Numbered from the stretch's first letter, positions 1 through 14,270 are shown. The stretch is 64,000 bases of DNA from Lama guanicoe (GCA_013239625.1 MU053652.1:7649027-7713026); one strand, 5' to 3'. The notes: a model not told the origin generated them from the letters alone. Translations and numbers: made by a program.

Positions 1-919
1 AGCAGGTAAAACCCTCTTGGGAACAAGTCTTCAATATTGTCTCCCATCTTCTCTTTCCTCCAGTTTACCTGTCTCCTGCCTGTAGATCCTGGTAGGATTC
101 GACTATCAAACATGCTGCTAAAATAGAAGTTAAAAATGTTCCATAGGGAGTCTCAGCCTGAAACCCTGAAGTGGTTATTTTTGTAACTAATCATTATCAG
201 CCTCTCCTGCCTTACTTTCTTTCATTACTATTACTTATACTTTTTATACCCATGTCTCTCCTGAGGGATTATAAACAATTGGAAAGGGAAAAAAATGTGC
301 CCTACACTTTCACCCAGCCACGTTCAGTGATCGTAAGTCTCCAATAAAGATACAGACATGAAACAAATCTGAAGCCCTCAGAGGATGAGGTTTGGATGGG
401 TCTTATTCCTGAGGCATTAGGCAACAGGGAATTTCAGGCTCCCTTCAGCAAATTAAGATTTGAGTCACTCACGGGTTTTGTGCTTTATTTTTTAGAAAGT
501 TGTCTATGAAGTATTTAGACTTTTGAGACAAAAATGCATTTGGTATATGAGTCCTTTTCGGCAAAGACTTTCATCACAGCTTCATTCTGGAAAAAATTCT
601 GAAACATAGGTTTGCTCATTCGAAATGAATCCAGTTTTCCTGATAGGAAGGTATTATGATTTAGCAAAATATCTTTGCACCGCATGGCTGCTCTCTTGAC
701 AGAGCCAAAAAATCTCAGAGGGATTATACGAAACAATCAAGTCACTTTCAGTGGCACTCATAATTTCCTTACTTTCTCCCCTCTTGCTCATGATGGGACT
801 TAAGAACCTAAAGGAATCAGGAAGTGGAGGCGACCAGGAACCTCTATTTCTTGATTCCAATTTATTAACTGATGGGATTTTAGGTCTCCACAATACTTCA
901 AAAATAATTGTTTCACTCA

Positions 920-1030
920 TTCATTTTACAGATGATGAAACCAAGACCCAGAGAGATTAACTGACTTGTCTACGTGCAACACTTTGCACTTGCAGAGCCA
1001 GGGCTAGATGCTGGGTCTTCTGATCCCACT
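920..1030 (-). mobile_element. MIR SINE fragment
   Basis: cattttacagatgatgaaaccaagacccagagagattaactgacttg resembles the reverse complement of the MIR core. Confidence 0.8.
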
Positions 1031-1204
1031 CCAGAAATTTTCCACTTCACCAAAAGTATACATTTAAAGGATGCTTTATGCTCCTGCTATAAAACTGGTA
1101 ACTTGACTTGGGGCTGGTTCTTTTCAGTCATAAGCTGGGTGTTCCAATTACCTACTTACCACTGTGTAAAAATCTCTCCAAAACTGGGTAGCTTCATTTT
1201 TTTT

Positions 1205-1640
1205 AATCATTCATGCTTCTGCAGGTTGATATGCTCAGCTTGTGGGGGCTCCCTCATAAAGCTGCAGCCATATAGCAGCTGAGGCTGAAGTCAAATCATG
1301 TGGAAGCTTCTTCAGTCACACCTGGTACCTGGGTTGACATAGATGAACAGCTGGACACTGGTCAAGCAGCTGGTTCTCTCCATGCAGAGTCTGAGCTTCC
1401 TCACAATGTAGAGTCTTAGGGTTGCAATTCTTACACGGAGGTTGGCTTCCTCCCAATTGGGTTTTCCACAAAACCAAGGCAAAAGCTGCAAGAATTTTTC
1501 TAGCCTCAGAAGTCTCAGAAAATGCTAATTCTCTTCCATTTTTTCTTGTTCTGTCTTCTGTAAGTGAAGCAATAGATTCAGCCCAGATTTAGCCTTCCAG
1601 TGAATGAAGTAACCAAGAATTTGTAGCTATGTGTAATCTA
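1205..1640. mobile_element. MaLR LTR (MLT1-like), degenerate
   Basis: Motifs gagcttcctcacaatg, aattcttacacggaggttggcttcc, aggcaaaagctgcaag, tagcctcagaagtc and cagcccagatt are typical of MLT1 LTRs. Confidence 0.65.
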
Positions 1641-1992
1641 TGTATCTTTACATATATTTTACATTCATCAGTTTACATCATAATGAATGCCTTATTATAT
1701 CCATAACTTTAAATCCCTGGAATGTTAAAATGCAGTCATTATTCAGGGAAAATGGGAAGAAACAGCAGTCTGTTTATACATGGGAGATATTTCCTACCCT
1801 CCAAATTATTCAAGGACCACTGAATAGTTGTCCTCAACACTGCTAACTTGTTTACATTTATTTCCATATTTGTCTCCAATCTGCTTAGGCAAAGAGTACA
1901 GTTACCTATGTTCTAAAAATCGACTCATTTTATTTCTCACAATTATAAGCCCATTAGCTTACTGGTCATTTAATATAAAATATACGCTGTTC

Positions 1993-2222
1993 AACACATG
2001 TTATTATATATAAAATGGATAAACTTCAAGGGTCTACAGTATAGCACAGAGAACTACATTCAATTTCTTATAATAACATATAAAGGAAAACAATCTGAAA
2101 AGAAAAAAAAATATATGTACGTATCTATAAAACTGAATCACTTTGCTGTATATCTGAAACTAACATTGTAAGTCAATTACACTTCAATGAAAATTTTTAA
2201 AGAAAACAAAACAAAATAAAAT
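1993..2222 (+). mobile_element. 5'-truncated L1 3' end (artiodactyl-type) with A-rich tail and 16-bp TSD
   Basis: tatagcacagagaactacattcaa...actgaatcactttgctgta...; flanked by aaaatatacgctgttc (1977-1992) and aaaatatatactgttc (2223-2238). Confidence 0.9.
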
Positions 2223-5200
2223 AAAATATATACTGTTCCTCCTTGAAAAACGGAAAACTGAAGCTTCTCCAATCAGTGGTCTGCACTGGGACCTGACGAA
2301 TTGCAAGTACTGTGTTTCTTCTGTTAAAATAAGTTGTGACAGCTATTTGAAAATCTAGAACAAACACAAAAGATTAGTTGACACATTTTTTTTTCTTTTC
2401 TCCAGCATTTGACCCTGAACAGAAATGGGCTGTGAAGTATAAGTTATATACTTAAAAAATGCCTAGAAGGAAATAGACAAAAATATAAGTGGTTTTCCAT
2501 GGTTGATATGAATAAAATACAAATATTTTATTTTTACTCACATTTTTTATCTAGCAAGAATACAAATGATATCTCTGATAAAGCAATAAAAAAAATTTAA
2601 AAGGAAGGGTTATAGACAAGTTTTCAGAAAAAAAAAAAGTCTGGCAGATTTCCTCCCAGCTACAATCTTCATTTTTAACTATTTGTTCTATGGCTAATAA
2701 GTGCTAAAATAAATAACATTTAGTAGCTGCAGCTGAAATGTATACATCATTACCTGTTTATTTTGGAAATTAGAGAATAAATTACATGGTTCAGCACCAA
2801 GTATGCTATGAACATTTTACTAAACAGAAAATCATAGTTAACATGCCCATTAAGTTATATGCATTTTAAAATAGTCCAGACTAAAATAATTATAGCCAGA
2901 CTATAGCATAAAACCTTGAGACCATGAGCACTCCTTTGAAAATACATTATGAGAATACATCCAAAATGATCTTTTGAGAAGTACCTTGGTGTTAGAAATG
3001 AGCAGCTCTCTAGCTGTGCTCAAGCAGAAAGGGTGTGCAGCTTTCTAGTAAGGCTTTTCCCATGGAGGACAACCTGATTGTGAAAGCTTATAGCTTTCCC
3101 TTAACTGGCAACACCGAGTCGCTCTACTCAGGATATTTGTTAATTAGATGGTATGATCTCAGAGCTTCCGTGGCCCACGTCTTATCAGAAATACAGCTAA
3201 GAGAAATAGGATTCATAGGCCTGACTTATCCACAGACCAACATCCATCCTTGAGAGATCAGAGTGCCAGAGACCAACCCCTGCCCCATCTTCTGGCCTGT
3301 CTTCCCAAACAGCAAAATGCTTTTACTCAATTGTACTTTGAATGATGTCACATCATAGGACCTGATAAGGAGAGCTCTATGCAGATCATTATTTTATGTA
3401 CTCTAAGATGCTGCTGGGGTTGTCATTTAATATGGTACACAGTTTGCCCCACAGGAAGAAATTTATCTCTACTCTTAACATAGCTGTGCTTTTCCAGAGG
3501 ATCTGGCTTATTAATGTTACAGTCATTGTGCATTATATAATTTTTCTGTTTTTCCCCACTTCATGAGTACTAGAAAAGAAGAATCAAATTTCTGAAAAAA
3601 TTATTATTTTTGGTCTTTAATTGTGTTTCCAGTGCTTAGGTGGTAAGATGAACAATACTTATTGATGGATGACTAGAGAGTAGCCATTTTTAACCTGAAT
3701 TGTGTGTCATGTTTAGGTGCTTTTCACTTGGAAAGACAAGAGAGTTGGAAGGAAGGCGCATGAGAAAATTCTGGAGACTGATTCCTGAAAGTAGTTCCAA
3801 TGCTCTTAGCTTGGTGAGGACTTTGCTTTAATTAATAATGCAACATTCGTTAATCAAGCATTTATCAGTGATTACATTAAAATTAGTCAAAAAGTTGAAA
3901 ATCATCTGTTCTCTTAAGGTTGACGATCTTGCGGTCTTACTTTCATCATTCATTTGCCACATAGAAATGATATATAAAATGAAACCAATTTAGTCAAGGT
4001 TTTCCTACCAGTGAGAGATTAAACCACAGACTCTCTCTTTATGGAATTTTAATTCCAGAGAAAAACTGTGTGTTGAATGTCTAAATGGAATTACTTAATC
4101 ACGTCAGGAAGGGTATATTTTTAGCCTCTGAAGGCACAGTGAGAAAAGTCTCTGTGCCACATTTCATCATCTGAAAAGATATATTTAGCATATCTCATAC
4201 ACAAGGATCTGGGTCACAGAAAGGTCCATAAAATGAAATATAAATTAAATATCAATAATATCCTGCTTGCTCTATCTTGCTTTGGTCCTGATTTAAGATC
4301 AAGGACCAGGTATTGAGAGTGTGGTTATTTTTAAGTCTAACATACTGCCAGAAAAGATACTCAGCGGCACAGGGGTGGAAAAAATGTTATTTTTATTTAC
4401 GAACTGAGGAATCTTGTTTTCATTTCCAGAAGCTAAGTAGTGGTTACTTTACAGAATAAGACAAATTAAAAGGCAAAAATTTATGGGAAGCCTCACTGCT
4501 ACCTGAGAGAAATACAGTTCTTCAGGCTCCCCAAAGAAAACCTCCTACAGAGAAAAATGACATTTTCAGGATAAATGCCTGACATTTCCAAGGTCTTGTC
4601 CTGTCCTTGTTTCTCACCCACCTGGGGTTCTCAGTACACAGACTGGTTTTACCCAAAAGAACACCACTGATACCCTCTTCTTCACTCAGCACCAGGTGTG
4701 CTAAGGAAATGAGCAGAGGTGACTTAATTATTCTTCCTCTGCTACACAGGTGCCTTCTCATTCTTTCTCTAACCCAAGCACGTAGGAGAAATAAAGAGTC
4801 CAAATATATTGTTCCTTTCTTGGTGAGTATTTTTCTTGCCTAGAGACTTTTTTCATTCCAGACTATCAAATTCCTACTTAAATTAGTTTAATGAATAGAC
4901 TATATCGCACAATGCAGTGAACAGAACTGAGATGTGTGAAGTAGTAAAAGTGGACATGTGATTGTTCATCCCCTGACAATTCTCACTATACCAGCAGTCA
5001 ACCGGTCTCTCAGGTGAAATAATTGTTATTTTTATCACCAATAAAAAATACTATGAGAGATTTAGACACTATTTGATTTGGAAAAAAAAGTCTAAAAACT
5101 AAAAAAAATTAAAAAGTTAATGTCCTTAATTGAAAATGAGAATGTTTCCTGAAAAGGTTTTAATCCCTTATTTTTGCCTACAAACATTATTTTTGGGTGG

Positions 5201-6119
5201 TTTATGAATTGCTCAAGGTTGAAAATTATCAAGGCTTGCAGCAAGTGAATTTTGTTTTTAAATACAAGAGAGAATAAAAGACCACAAATTTTCCCCTGGA
5301 AAGGCAATCCAACACTTCTTAATAGCAATTAAATACCTCATACAAGACGATATTCAGCAAAAATAAACGGATCAATGAGAATGAATGAATGAAATTCTAC
5401 ATGCTGACTCAAATGTACCCACATATTTAAATTCTGCTTAATGACCACAACCCAAGGACAAAAATTACAGCTACATCCAGAGCTTTTTACCCAGAATTTT
5501 AAATTTCTTCTATGCTCGTCTCTGACTTTGGGGCTGTTAGGATCTGTAACCACAGTGGCCTCTGAGAGTGTAAAACCCAGTTTGTGATCACTGCAATGTT
5601 TATCCCCATTCATTCACTTTACATTGGAAATTCAGATATTGCCGGCCATATCCCAAGCATGTCACCAGGGAAATTTACATAGAGTGAGTTGGATAGATGC
5701 CAAAAACATAAGACTAATTTCTTTAAGGATGACATTCATTGTTGTTGCTACTTCTCCTGGCCTGACAAAGATAAAAGTAACCACAACCGAAGACCCTCAA
5801 ATACCTCAACCCAACCGGCCAACTAACTGCCTTAGAAATTAACTACTAAGCAGTGGGTAGTGAGGCGAACTTGAAGTTTCTTTGATATCTAGGATACGGA
5901 ATACACAGAAAAGGTCCTAAAACAGCCCCATCAGCAATAAACAAGGATTCAAAAAGTCAGACAGATGGTTATAACCTACAAATAAATTTCAGTCTTTAAA
6001 CAAAAGTATGAGGTTAAGGGTATATGAGATTTTAAGAGAAGTCATAGTCACATAATAAAAAATATTGAATTAAAAATAGGAAAAATGTAAATGTTTTCTC
6101 CACAAATTAAGAATATACA

Positions 6120-7315
6120 CTGACAATGACCAAATCGGTATTTCCAACCTTAATATCTCTTCTAAGCTCCAGATCATAGATCCAGCCACCAATGAAGATT
6201 CTTCACTGGTTGTCTCAGAACTCAACATGTCCAAACCTGAACTTATTAAATCCCCCTAAAGTCTCTTCCTCCTCCTGCATCTCCCTTCCTGCTTCCCCAG
6301 GCCAGTGACTTACACCACTGGCCAACCACTTTCCTAAGGAAGACACTGATTTTTCTTTGAATCCTCCTCACCTTCTTGTCTTTCTTTCATTTCTAGTGGA
6401 TTCTCCACCTGCTAAATAACTTTCAAGTCGATCCACTTCTTTCCATTTTCAGGGTCTCCAGGCCAGTTCAAGACAGGATTATCTTTCATATATATTTCTG
6501 TAATTGTCACTCTCTCTCTTTCCAATGGGCCCCATTCTAACAGTGTCACCAAACTGCAGTGAAGCTGATTTTTGTAAGATGGAAACCAAGCAGGAAACCC
6601 TGGCTTGAAATCCTTTATTGGCTCCTCATGGACTTTGGGATAAATTCCAAGTTCCTAAGGTGGCTGGCAAGACCCTATATGATCTGGATGCTTCCTGGAG
6701 TTTAAGATCATTCCTGGCAGCTCTTTAATCCACTCTAGATCCAGCCATGAAGAATTTTCAGTAAGGGGTTTGCTTTTGTTTCTGGGTTTTGCATATGAAA
6801 TCTCCTCTTGCCCGTTTTCCTTGACTAAAGGATATTGTTATTCATCCTTCACACTCCATTTTTATTAGTCATAATAAGAGTAATAATGATGGCTGTTATT
6901 TACTAAGCACTTCTATGTGCTTAGCAATGTATATACATTGTTTTTGCCTGCATAGAGGTTCACGAGGGAGTAAATTAGTTGACAATTTAAAGATGAGGAA
7001 ACTGAGGGTAAATAACACGAAGTAAGTCATTTACTGCAAATCCCTTGCCTCTTTGCCATCACCTTTCTGGCCCACCAGGACCTGACTGGTTCTCTGCTCT
7101 TATGCTCCAATATGATCTATACACACCCCAGTGGTGGCACGTTTCAAGCTACTGTCTCCTTTTTCTTATTTGCTGTTTGTTATGTTGTCCTTGCTAGAAT
7201 CTCCTTACATTCAAGAGGCAAATCTTATTCCCTACTGGACTTCCTACCACCAGCACTCATCACAATGGCTGATACAGAGGCATTCAGAAAATAAATATTT
7301 ATTGAATTGATAAAA
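6120..7315 (+). mobile_element. L2 LINE 3' portion, interrupted by a MIR
   Basis: actcaacatgtccaaacctgaac, ataaattccaagttcctaag...gaccctatatgatctgg and the terminal aataaatatttattgaattga match L2 3' motifs. Confidence 0.8.
6880..7030 (-). mobile_element. MIR fragment nested in L2
   Basis: atttactaagcacttctatgtgc ... tttaaagatgaggaaactgagg. Confidence 0.75.
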
Positions 7316-8350
7316 TAATAAATGTCCTTTTCTCTGAAATTTGCTCAGATTCTCAGAAGAAAGAAACTATTCAATTTTATTATTTATTAACCTTCAGTTG
7401 CCCCTCCCTCTCCACCCGAGTCTCAAGGCTTTGTGGAATGAAAAAAAGAAAAGCTTCTCTTCACAAAACTACTGGGAATGCCCTGCTCTTTACTTCACTC
7501 TTTAATTCAAAAAGATTTAAAATTGAATGTGATCCAGGAAGCTCTCAAGGGCACAAAGAGAGGAACACATTAAAACCAAAGCTGCTATTTTGAAATTTGT
7601 TTAAATTACAAAATAGCCAAATTCTGCATAAGCTTTGCTGGTAAAACAAAAACTCCTTGTTATTTTCTGTGGCTCTAGCAACTCTTGCATTATTTAGTGA
7701 AAAAGAATCCTCTCACCAACTTGAGCCAAGTAACTTGCAAAACCAGAAAAGGTGGGGAGTGATATTTCATCCGTAATTTCAGCATGTATCATAGAAAAAA
7801 GAGACACACACAATCCGACCATGTAACAGAAGACCTGAGGTCTCTTCATCATATTGCAAGCCCTTCACCGTTCAGTTATGGGGACACAAGCCATTTAACC
7901 TCCTGGTGCTTTTTTAAGATACAGAATTTGATACATTCTCACTATGCCTCTGAAGCTGTTAAGGTGATAAATAAAACAACAAGTTGGAAGTGCTTTTAAA
8001 ATTGCATAACAATGATAAAGAGTTGTAAATTTTATTTCAGGGCTGATATTTTTATTCAAATAGGATTAGTTTACTTAGGTAGAATCATAAAGAAAGTAAC
8101 ACGTTTCATGTTATCAAGGGTCTAATTGTTTATTGCCTATTTTTTCTGTGTGCTCCATGTTGTAAACAAAAGATCTCACCAATTTGTCTTTCAAATAGAG
8201 AAAAAATTTAAGAGTGATTTAAACAAATTTAAATGTAAATAAACACCAAATAAATCCTTTAAACTAAGGTAAATTTACTAAGGTGAATTTTACATTCAGT
8301 ACATGAAAGCAAACTTTTCTGAGATATCCTCTTATGTTCTGTTTGTTAGC

Positions 8351-8385
8351 AAAAACAAAACAAAACAAAACAAAACAAAACAAAA
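8351..8385 (+). repeat. (AAAAC)n microsatellite
   Basis: Directly visible tandem pentamer. Confidence 0.95.
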
Positions 8386-10857
8386 TAACAAGAATAATCT
8401 CCGTCTTCCCAAAATTCAGTTATTACTTAGGTCAATATTTATATTGTTTAAGTACAATTTTCAAAATAGTAAGTCATGACTCATACAAATATAAAATGAG
8501 CATGTGTCAAAGATTTTGTTTAATTCATTAGCTAGTGAGTAAACGAGTAAGATGTTAGAACTTGTTTAAAGAGAATTTGAACATCAGACACACTGTATAT
8601 TACAGGCAATTAGAAATGCTGAAATACATTTGCTAATAAATGGAAAGCAGTTTAGTATTCCACAGAGTAATAGAATGTAAAGCTTGGTGTCATCTTTTCT
8701 ACAGAGCATAAATCACCCTTGACAAGAATAATTTGCATTATTCTCCGCTTTCTACAACTTAATATTTTATCCCTGCAGAGTTCTAAGTCACTCTACTTAG
8801 CAGAAAGACAATCAGAGGGCCATATCCCTTTAGAATCAGACATTTCCCAAAGAGCCACTAGACAATACCCCGCAGTCCTCTAAACGGACACCCAGGAATC
8901 TCTTTTGCCCATGTCTAAATCTGACGAGTTTTCCTGACAATATCTATGGAAAATAAGATGTATGGCTGGTAGAGACCCTTCCTTCCTTAATATGCTTTCA
9001 TTCTTAAATACTCACAAGCTTAAATCTAAGTGATCACTAGGTTAGAATCTTTAGTTGTTCCAAGATACACACCCGCATTTCTAGGACTAGAAAATGGCTG
9101 AGGAACTAATTACTGTAACAGTCCCTGTACTGACACCATCTTTAATACAACTGTAACTGGGCCTTTCAAAGGAATAACTCATAAAAGAGAGCATCTTAAT
9201 GCAGGGCATCATCCAGAACAAAGGTGGTGTTGTTGTTGTCAGGTTGGTTATTTTTAAGTCTGCTTTTCCTTAGATCACCACATAATCTTTGGTTACACTT
9301 AAACAACATCTATAATTTCAATTCCATTTGTGTTTCCAGTTACCTCAAGCAGCACAATTAGTTGGCTGGCTCTCTCTCCTGCTGGAAAGAAAGGAAGCTC
9401 CATACAGCGGGGGCATTCTCTTACTCATCAGTGCTGCCCCTCAGCATACTTGCTCACGAGTGAGGGCTGGATAGACATCTGTTCAATGAACGACTTGTTG
9501 GCTAAACTGAAATCTGAATAGTCTCTTATGAAAAACAAGGATACGGAACTGACTTTACTCATTCAACTTTCTTTTAAGAAATATTATTTAGTATCTTTAG
9601 CCTAACATTTTTATTATAATGCATACATACAGCTCATAAATAAATGAACATAAAGTTACGCATATTGAGACAAAATGATAACTTCCATTCTACATTTTTT
9701 TTCATTGAGCACAAGATCAACTTTGATGCTCAGCAGCTGAAATACAATTTAAAAAAAATTATCCTTATCTATTACTGGATTAATAGCAGGTCACTGGATT
9801 ACTGTATAATTCTCTAACAAGACCAAAAATACATGTATTATTGAAAAGTAATGATATGGACTCTATCTTGTTAATAGCCTAGGTTTTTGTTTTTTAAGAA
9901 ATTAGCTAAAAAAGAAAGAAAATATCTATATATAAAAAGAGAAAGTAAGGACTTTTTGTTTTTCATTACATCCAAAGAATGTTCTGGAAGCAGGCAAAGT
10001 TAGATCAATATGTAATAATTTTGCATGAAGTATATTATAGTTGAGACTTTGAACTCATAATGACAACACTTAACTGCTACGTAAAGATACTTGCTTTACC
10101 TGCTCTCAGTAACCAAGGACAGTGTATTTTTTAAAAAATCCCATTTTTTGAATTTCCATTAAACCTGCCTAAGACAAAGACTGAAATGTATACGTAACAA
10201 AGAGGAAATGTTACTCTTTGTAGTTAAAAATATTTTTAAACGTATACATTATATGTATTCAATGCTAGAATTAATAGTTATTATTCTTGTAAAAATGATC
10301 CATGCTTTTCATATGGAAAAAAAGTAAAATATCCAAATTACCACACAGAAATATCTTCATTAACATTGGACAATCATAATTTTTCTAAATATATATACAT
10401 AGAAGACAGAGAAAGGTAGAAATAATTTATAAAATGGTGATCATAATGTAAGTGCTATTTGGTCATTAAAAGCAACAGTTTTAATTGCTGAACCATACAA
10501 AAGGGAAAAAAAGAAACTATAATCAAACTGAAAATATTCTGAACTGTACATTAATATTTCTTCACTACAGGAGATATTATTTCCTAAAAAGCCATCTAAG
10601 AGGAAAAAAAATTTACAATGACTAGAATTCTTATGTTTTAGATTTAATACTCTAGGCATCCATAGGTTTGAGTATATTTTTCTGGAACACAGAGTGCTTT
10701 TCAAGCTGCAGATTCCTCTCTTAATTTTAGGAAACACTGCTTTGCTATATTTTTGACTAAGGCTTTTTCTGCCCCATTCATCGTTTTCTTAACTTCTGAA
10801 ATAAATTTAGCCTTCATGAGACTGTCTCTGTCCATCTTACCTAGCAGGGAAGACAAC

Positions 10858-11100
10858 AACACGGTGCTGAAGAGTGAAGGCACTAGAGTCAGGATGCCTA
10901 GATTCAAATTCCAGCTTCTCAACTTTCTATTGGTGTGATTTAGCCAAGTTATTCCACTTCTTAAGGCATCGGTCTCTGTATCTGAGAAATGCAGGCAAAA
11001 GATGACAAAAATAACTCCTTTCGTTGTGTTGACAGCAGATGAAGAACTATGTAAGGCACTTAAGCCACTGGCACATAGTAATTGCTTAATAATTTTATCA
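10858..11100 (+). mobile_element. MIR SINE, near full length
   Basis: ctagagtcaggatgcctagattcaaattccagc ... tgtaaggcacttaagccactggcacatagtaattgcttaataa. Confidence 0.85.
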
Positions 11101-11182
11101 TTTTAATCTATTAGTATCTCTATTACTGTAATATCACTATCTTTCATTTGCTTTATTTTTCTCGGGTCTTTATTCCATGTGA

Positions 11183-11670
11183 GTGTTATCAGTCGGGAAA
11201 CGGCACTATCAAATTGGGTAATTTGAGAAGAGTCTAATAAAGAAAAATCTATAAATACATGGGCAGGTTGTAGGAAAACCACAAGGGGTTATGCAGTAAC
11301 AGGGAGCCTAGTGGGGAGAACAACCACCTGCCCTGGGCCTGAAATTAAGAAGTGAGGAAGTGGTTAGAGAAACTCAAAAACACCGAGACATAAAGAGACA
11401 GAGAAAGAGAGGGATAGAATGTTCACTTGGAGAGGATCTATGGTTTGGTGAAAGGAGGCAACCAGCCCATGCTGGTCCCATGAGGAGTCCTCCAGGAGTA
11501 AAATACTCAGACCTCACTCTTCCCCTTTCTCCAGTCTCCCCCAGCCGCCTCCCAGTGGCTAAATACTACCAGAATCCTCAGAACAAGGGAATGCTTTGAT
11601 GTAGCTTATCCTGGTTGGCCACTGGGGACACAGTACAATGAAAGCCAACTGGAAAACATCCAGTGGGGTG
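11183..11670. mobile_element. Ancient ERVL-type LTR (LTR33-like)
   Basis: caaattgggtaatttgagaagagtctaataaag ... ggaaaaccacaagggg ... ccctgggcctgaa resembles the LTR33 group; family assignment tentative. Confidence 0.5.
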
Positions 11671-11919
11671 AATAATTTTATTTTCTGTCATGTCTCCTCT
11701 GCCCCTTGCTGTCTTTGTTAATTCTATGTTGTCATTATTTGGGGTCTCAATTTATTTCCTTGACTCTACCATCTCCTTTTTATCCCCTGTAGTTGTTTTA
11801 TCATCTAATCTCTGATCTTAAGATTAATTATATTTGATCTTGAAATTTATGTTTTCATTAAAATAATTTTTGGTGATAGGGGAATTTAAAAAAATATATA
11901 TTCCTTAGAATATCAAGGG

Positions 11920-14270
11920 TCATAAGAGATTATTATAAAAAAATTATATGCCAACAAAATAGATAACCCAATAAAATGGATACATTTCTAGAAACAAATA
12001 ATCTACCAAGATTGAATCATAAAGAAATAGAAAATCTGAACAGACTAATAATGAGTAAAAAGAATGAATCAGTAATCAGAAACCTTCCAACAAACAAAAG
12101 TCCAAGAACAGACAGCTTCACTGGTGAATTCTACCAAACATTTAGAGAAAAACGAACACCAATCCTTCTCAAACTCCTTCTAAAAATCCAAAGGGGAAGA
12201 AACACTCCCAAACTGATTTTATGGAGGCCAGAAATCCTCTGACCCCAAAGCCAGACAGGGACACTCTAAGAAAACTACATACCAATATCCCTGGTTAGTA
12301 AAGATGCAAGAATTCCCAACAAAATACTGGCAAAATGAATTCAACAGCACATTAAAAGGACTATACATCATGAATCAAGTAAGATTTATCTCTGAGATAC
12401 AAGGAGAGTTCAACAAACACCGATCAATAAATGTTACACAACACTTCAGTAGAGTGAAAGATAAAAACCACATGATTATTTCAACAGATGCAGAGAAAAC
12501 ACTTGACAGAATAAAATATCCTTTATGAAAAAAACTTTTAACAAATTGAGTATAGAATAAACATACTTCAACATAATAAAGGCTATATGTGAAAAACCCA
12601 CAGTTAACGTCATGTTCATTAGTGAAAGTTTGAAAGCTTGTCTTCCAAGATCAGAAGCAAGACAAGGGTGCCCATTCTTACCACTCCTATTCAAAATATT
12701 ACTGGAATTCCTAGCCAGCGAAATTACACAGCAGGGAGAGGGAAGTGGGAGGGGCAAGGTAGGAGTAGGGGACTGTAGGGACAAACTACTACATATAAAG
12801 TAAATGAGATAAAAAGACATATTGTACAACACAGGAATTATAGCCAATATCTTATAATAACTGTAAATGGAATATAAACTTTAAAAAATGTGAATCACTG
12901 TTGTACACCTGAAACATATAATATTGTACATCAACTATACCTCAATTTTAAGAAAGAATAACGCTGGAGGCATCACATTTCCTGATTCAAACTGTAGTAC
13001 GCAGCTATGGTAATCGAAACAGTACAGTAATGGCAAAAAATAGACATATAGACAAGTGGAATAGAAAAAAGAGTCAGGAAATAAACCCTTGCATTTATGG
13101 TCAACTAATATTTGACAAGGATGTGCTCAGGGGGACAAGGATATTCAAGAAATGGTTTAGGGGGAAACTGGATAATCACATGTAAAAAAATGAAATTGGA
13201 CCTCTATCTTACACACCACTCACAAAAAAGTGACTCAAAATGAACTGAAGATTTAATCTGTAAAACTGTAAAGCCCCTAGAAGAAAAACATAGGGGAAAA
13301 TCTCCTTGACATTGGTCTTGGCAATGATTTTTTGGACACCAAAAAATTGCACAAGCAACAAAAGCAAAAATAAACAAATGGGACTACATCAAACTAAAAA
13401 ACTTCTGCATAGCAAAAGAAACAACAAAATGAAAAGGAAAGTTACGGAACGGGAGAAGATATTTGCAAATCATCTATCTGATAAGGGGTTAATATCCAAA
13501 ACATATAAGGAACTCATCCACTCAATAGCAATAACACAAACAATCTGATTTAAAAATGGGCAAGAGGGTCTTAGTAGACATTTTCCCAAAGACATGCAAA
13601 TGGCCAATAGATGCAAGAAAAGATGTTCAACATCTCTAATCATCAGATAAGTGCAAACCAAACCCACAGTGAGACATCACCTCACACTTGTAAAAATGGC
13701 TATCATCAAAGAACAAAACAGAACAAAACAGGAGATAACAAGTGTTGGAGCTGTTGTAGCGAAAAGGGAACTTTTGTTTGTGGAAATGTAAATTAGTACG
13801 GTGATGATGGAAAACAGTATGAAGGGTTTTTAAAAATTAAAACTAGAGCTACCATATGACAGCAATTCCAATTCTGGATACATATCTAAAGGAAATGAAA
13901 TCACTCTCTCAAAGAAATACCTGCACTACCATTTTTATTGCAGCATTATTCATAAGCCAAGGTATGGAAACAACCTAAGTGTCCATCTACTGACGAATGG
14001 ATAAAGAAAATATGAGATATAGACAATAGACAGAGAAATAGAGACAGAGATAGAAATAAACAGAGAAAGAAGAAAATCCTGCCATTTGCAACAACATAGA
14101 TGGACCCTGAGAGCATTATGCTAAGTGACATAAGTCAAAGAAACATAAATACTGCATGGCCTCACTTACATGTTGAATCTTTAAAACAAACAAACTCACA
14201 AACAAGAAGTAGAATGTGGTATTTGCTAGGAGTTGAGGGGTGGGGGAATGGGGAGATGTTGGTTAAATAC
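11920..14270 (+). mobile_element. Degenerate L1 (ORF2 RT/C-terminal region plus 3' UTR) with internal deletion and nested insertion
   Basis: ORF fragments MDTFLETNNLPRLNHKEIENLNRLI, KSPRTDSFTGEFYQTF, RQGCPFLPLLFKILLEFLA and EKIFANHLSDKGLISKTYKEL are L1 ORF2p homologues; many frameshifts and stops. Confidence 0.95.
12732..12949 (+). mobile_element. L1 3' UTR end nested in the older L1 ORF2
   Basis: G-rich tract then tattgtacaacacaggaattatagccaata...tgtacacctgaaac...tcaactatacctcaat, which is an L1 terminus, lying in the middle of ORF2 sequence. Confidence 0.85.

Noticed and set aside
515..920. Overlapping minus-strand ORFs of 73 and 88 aa
   Set aside because: No recognisable homology or convincing splice signals; lengths expected by chance
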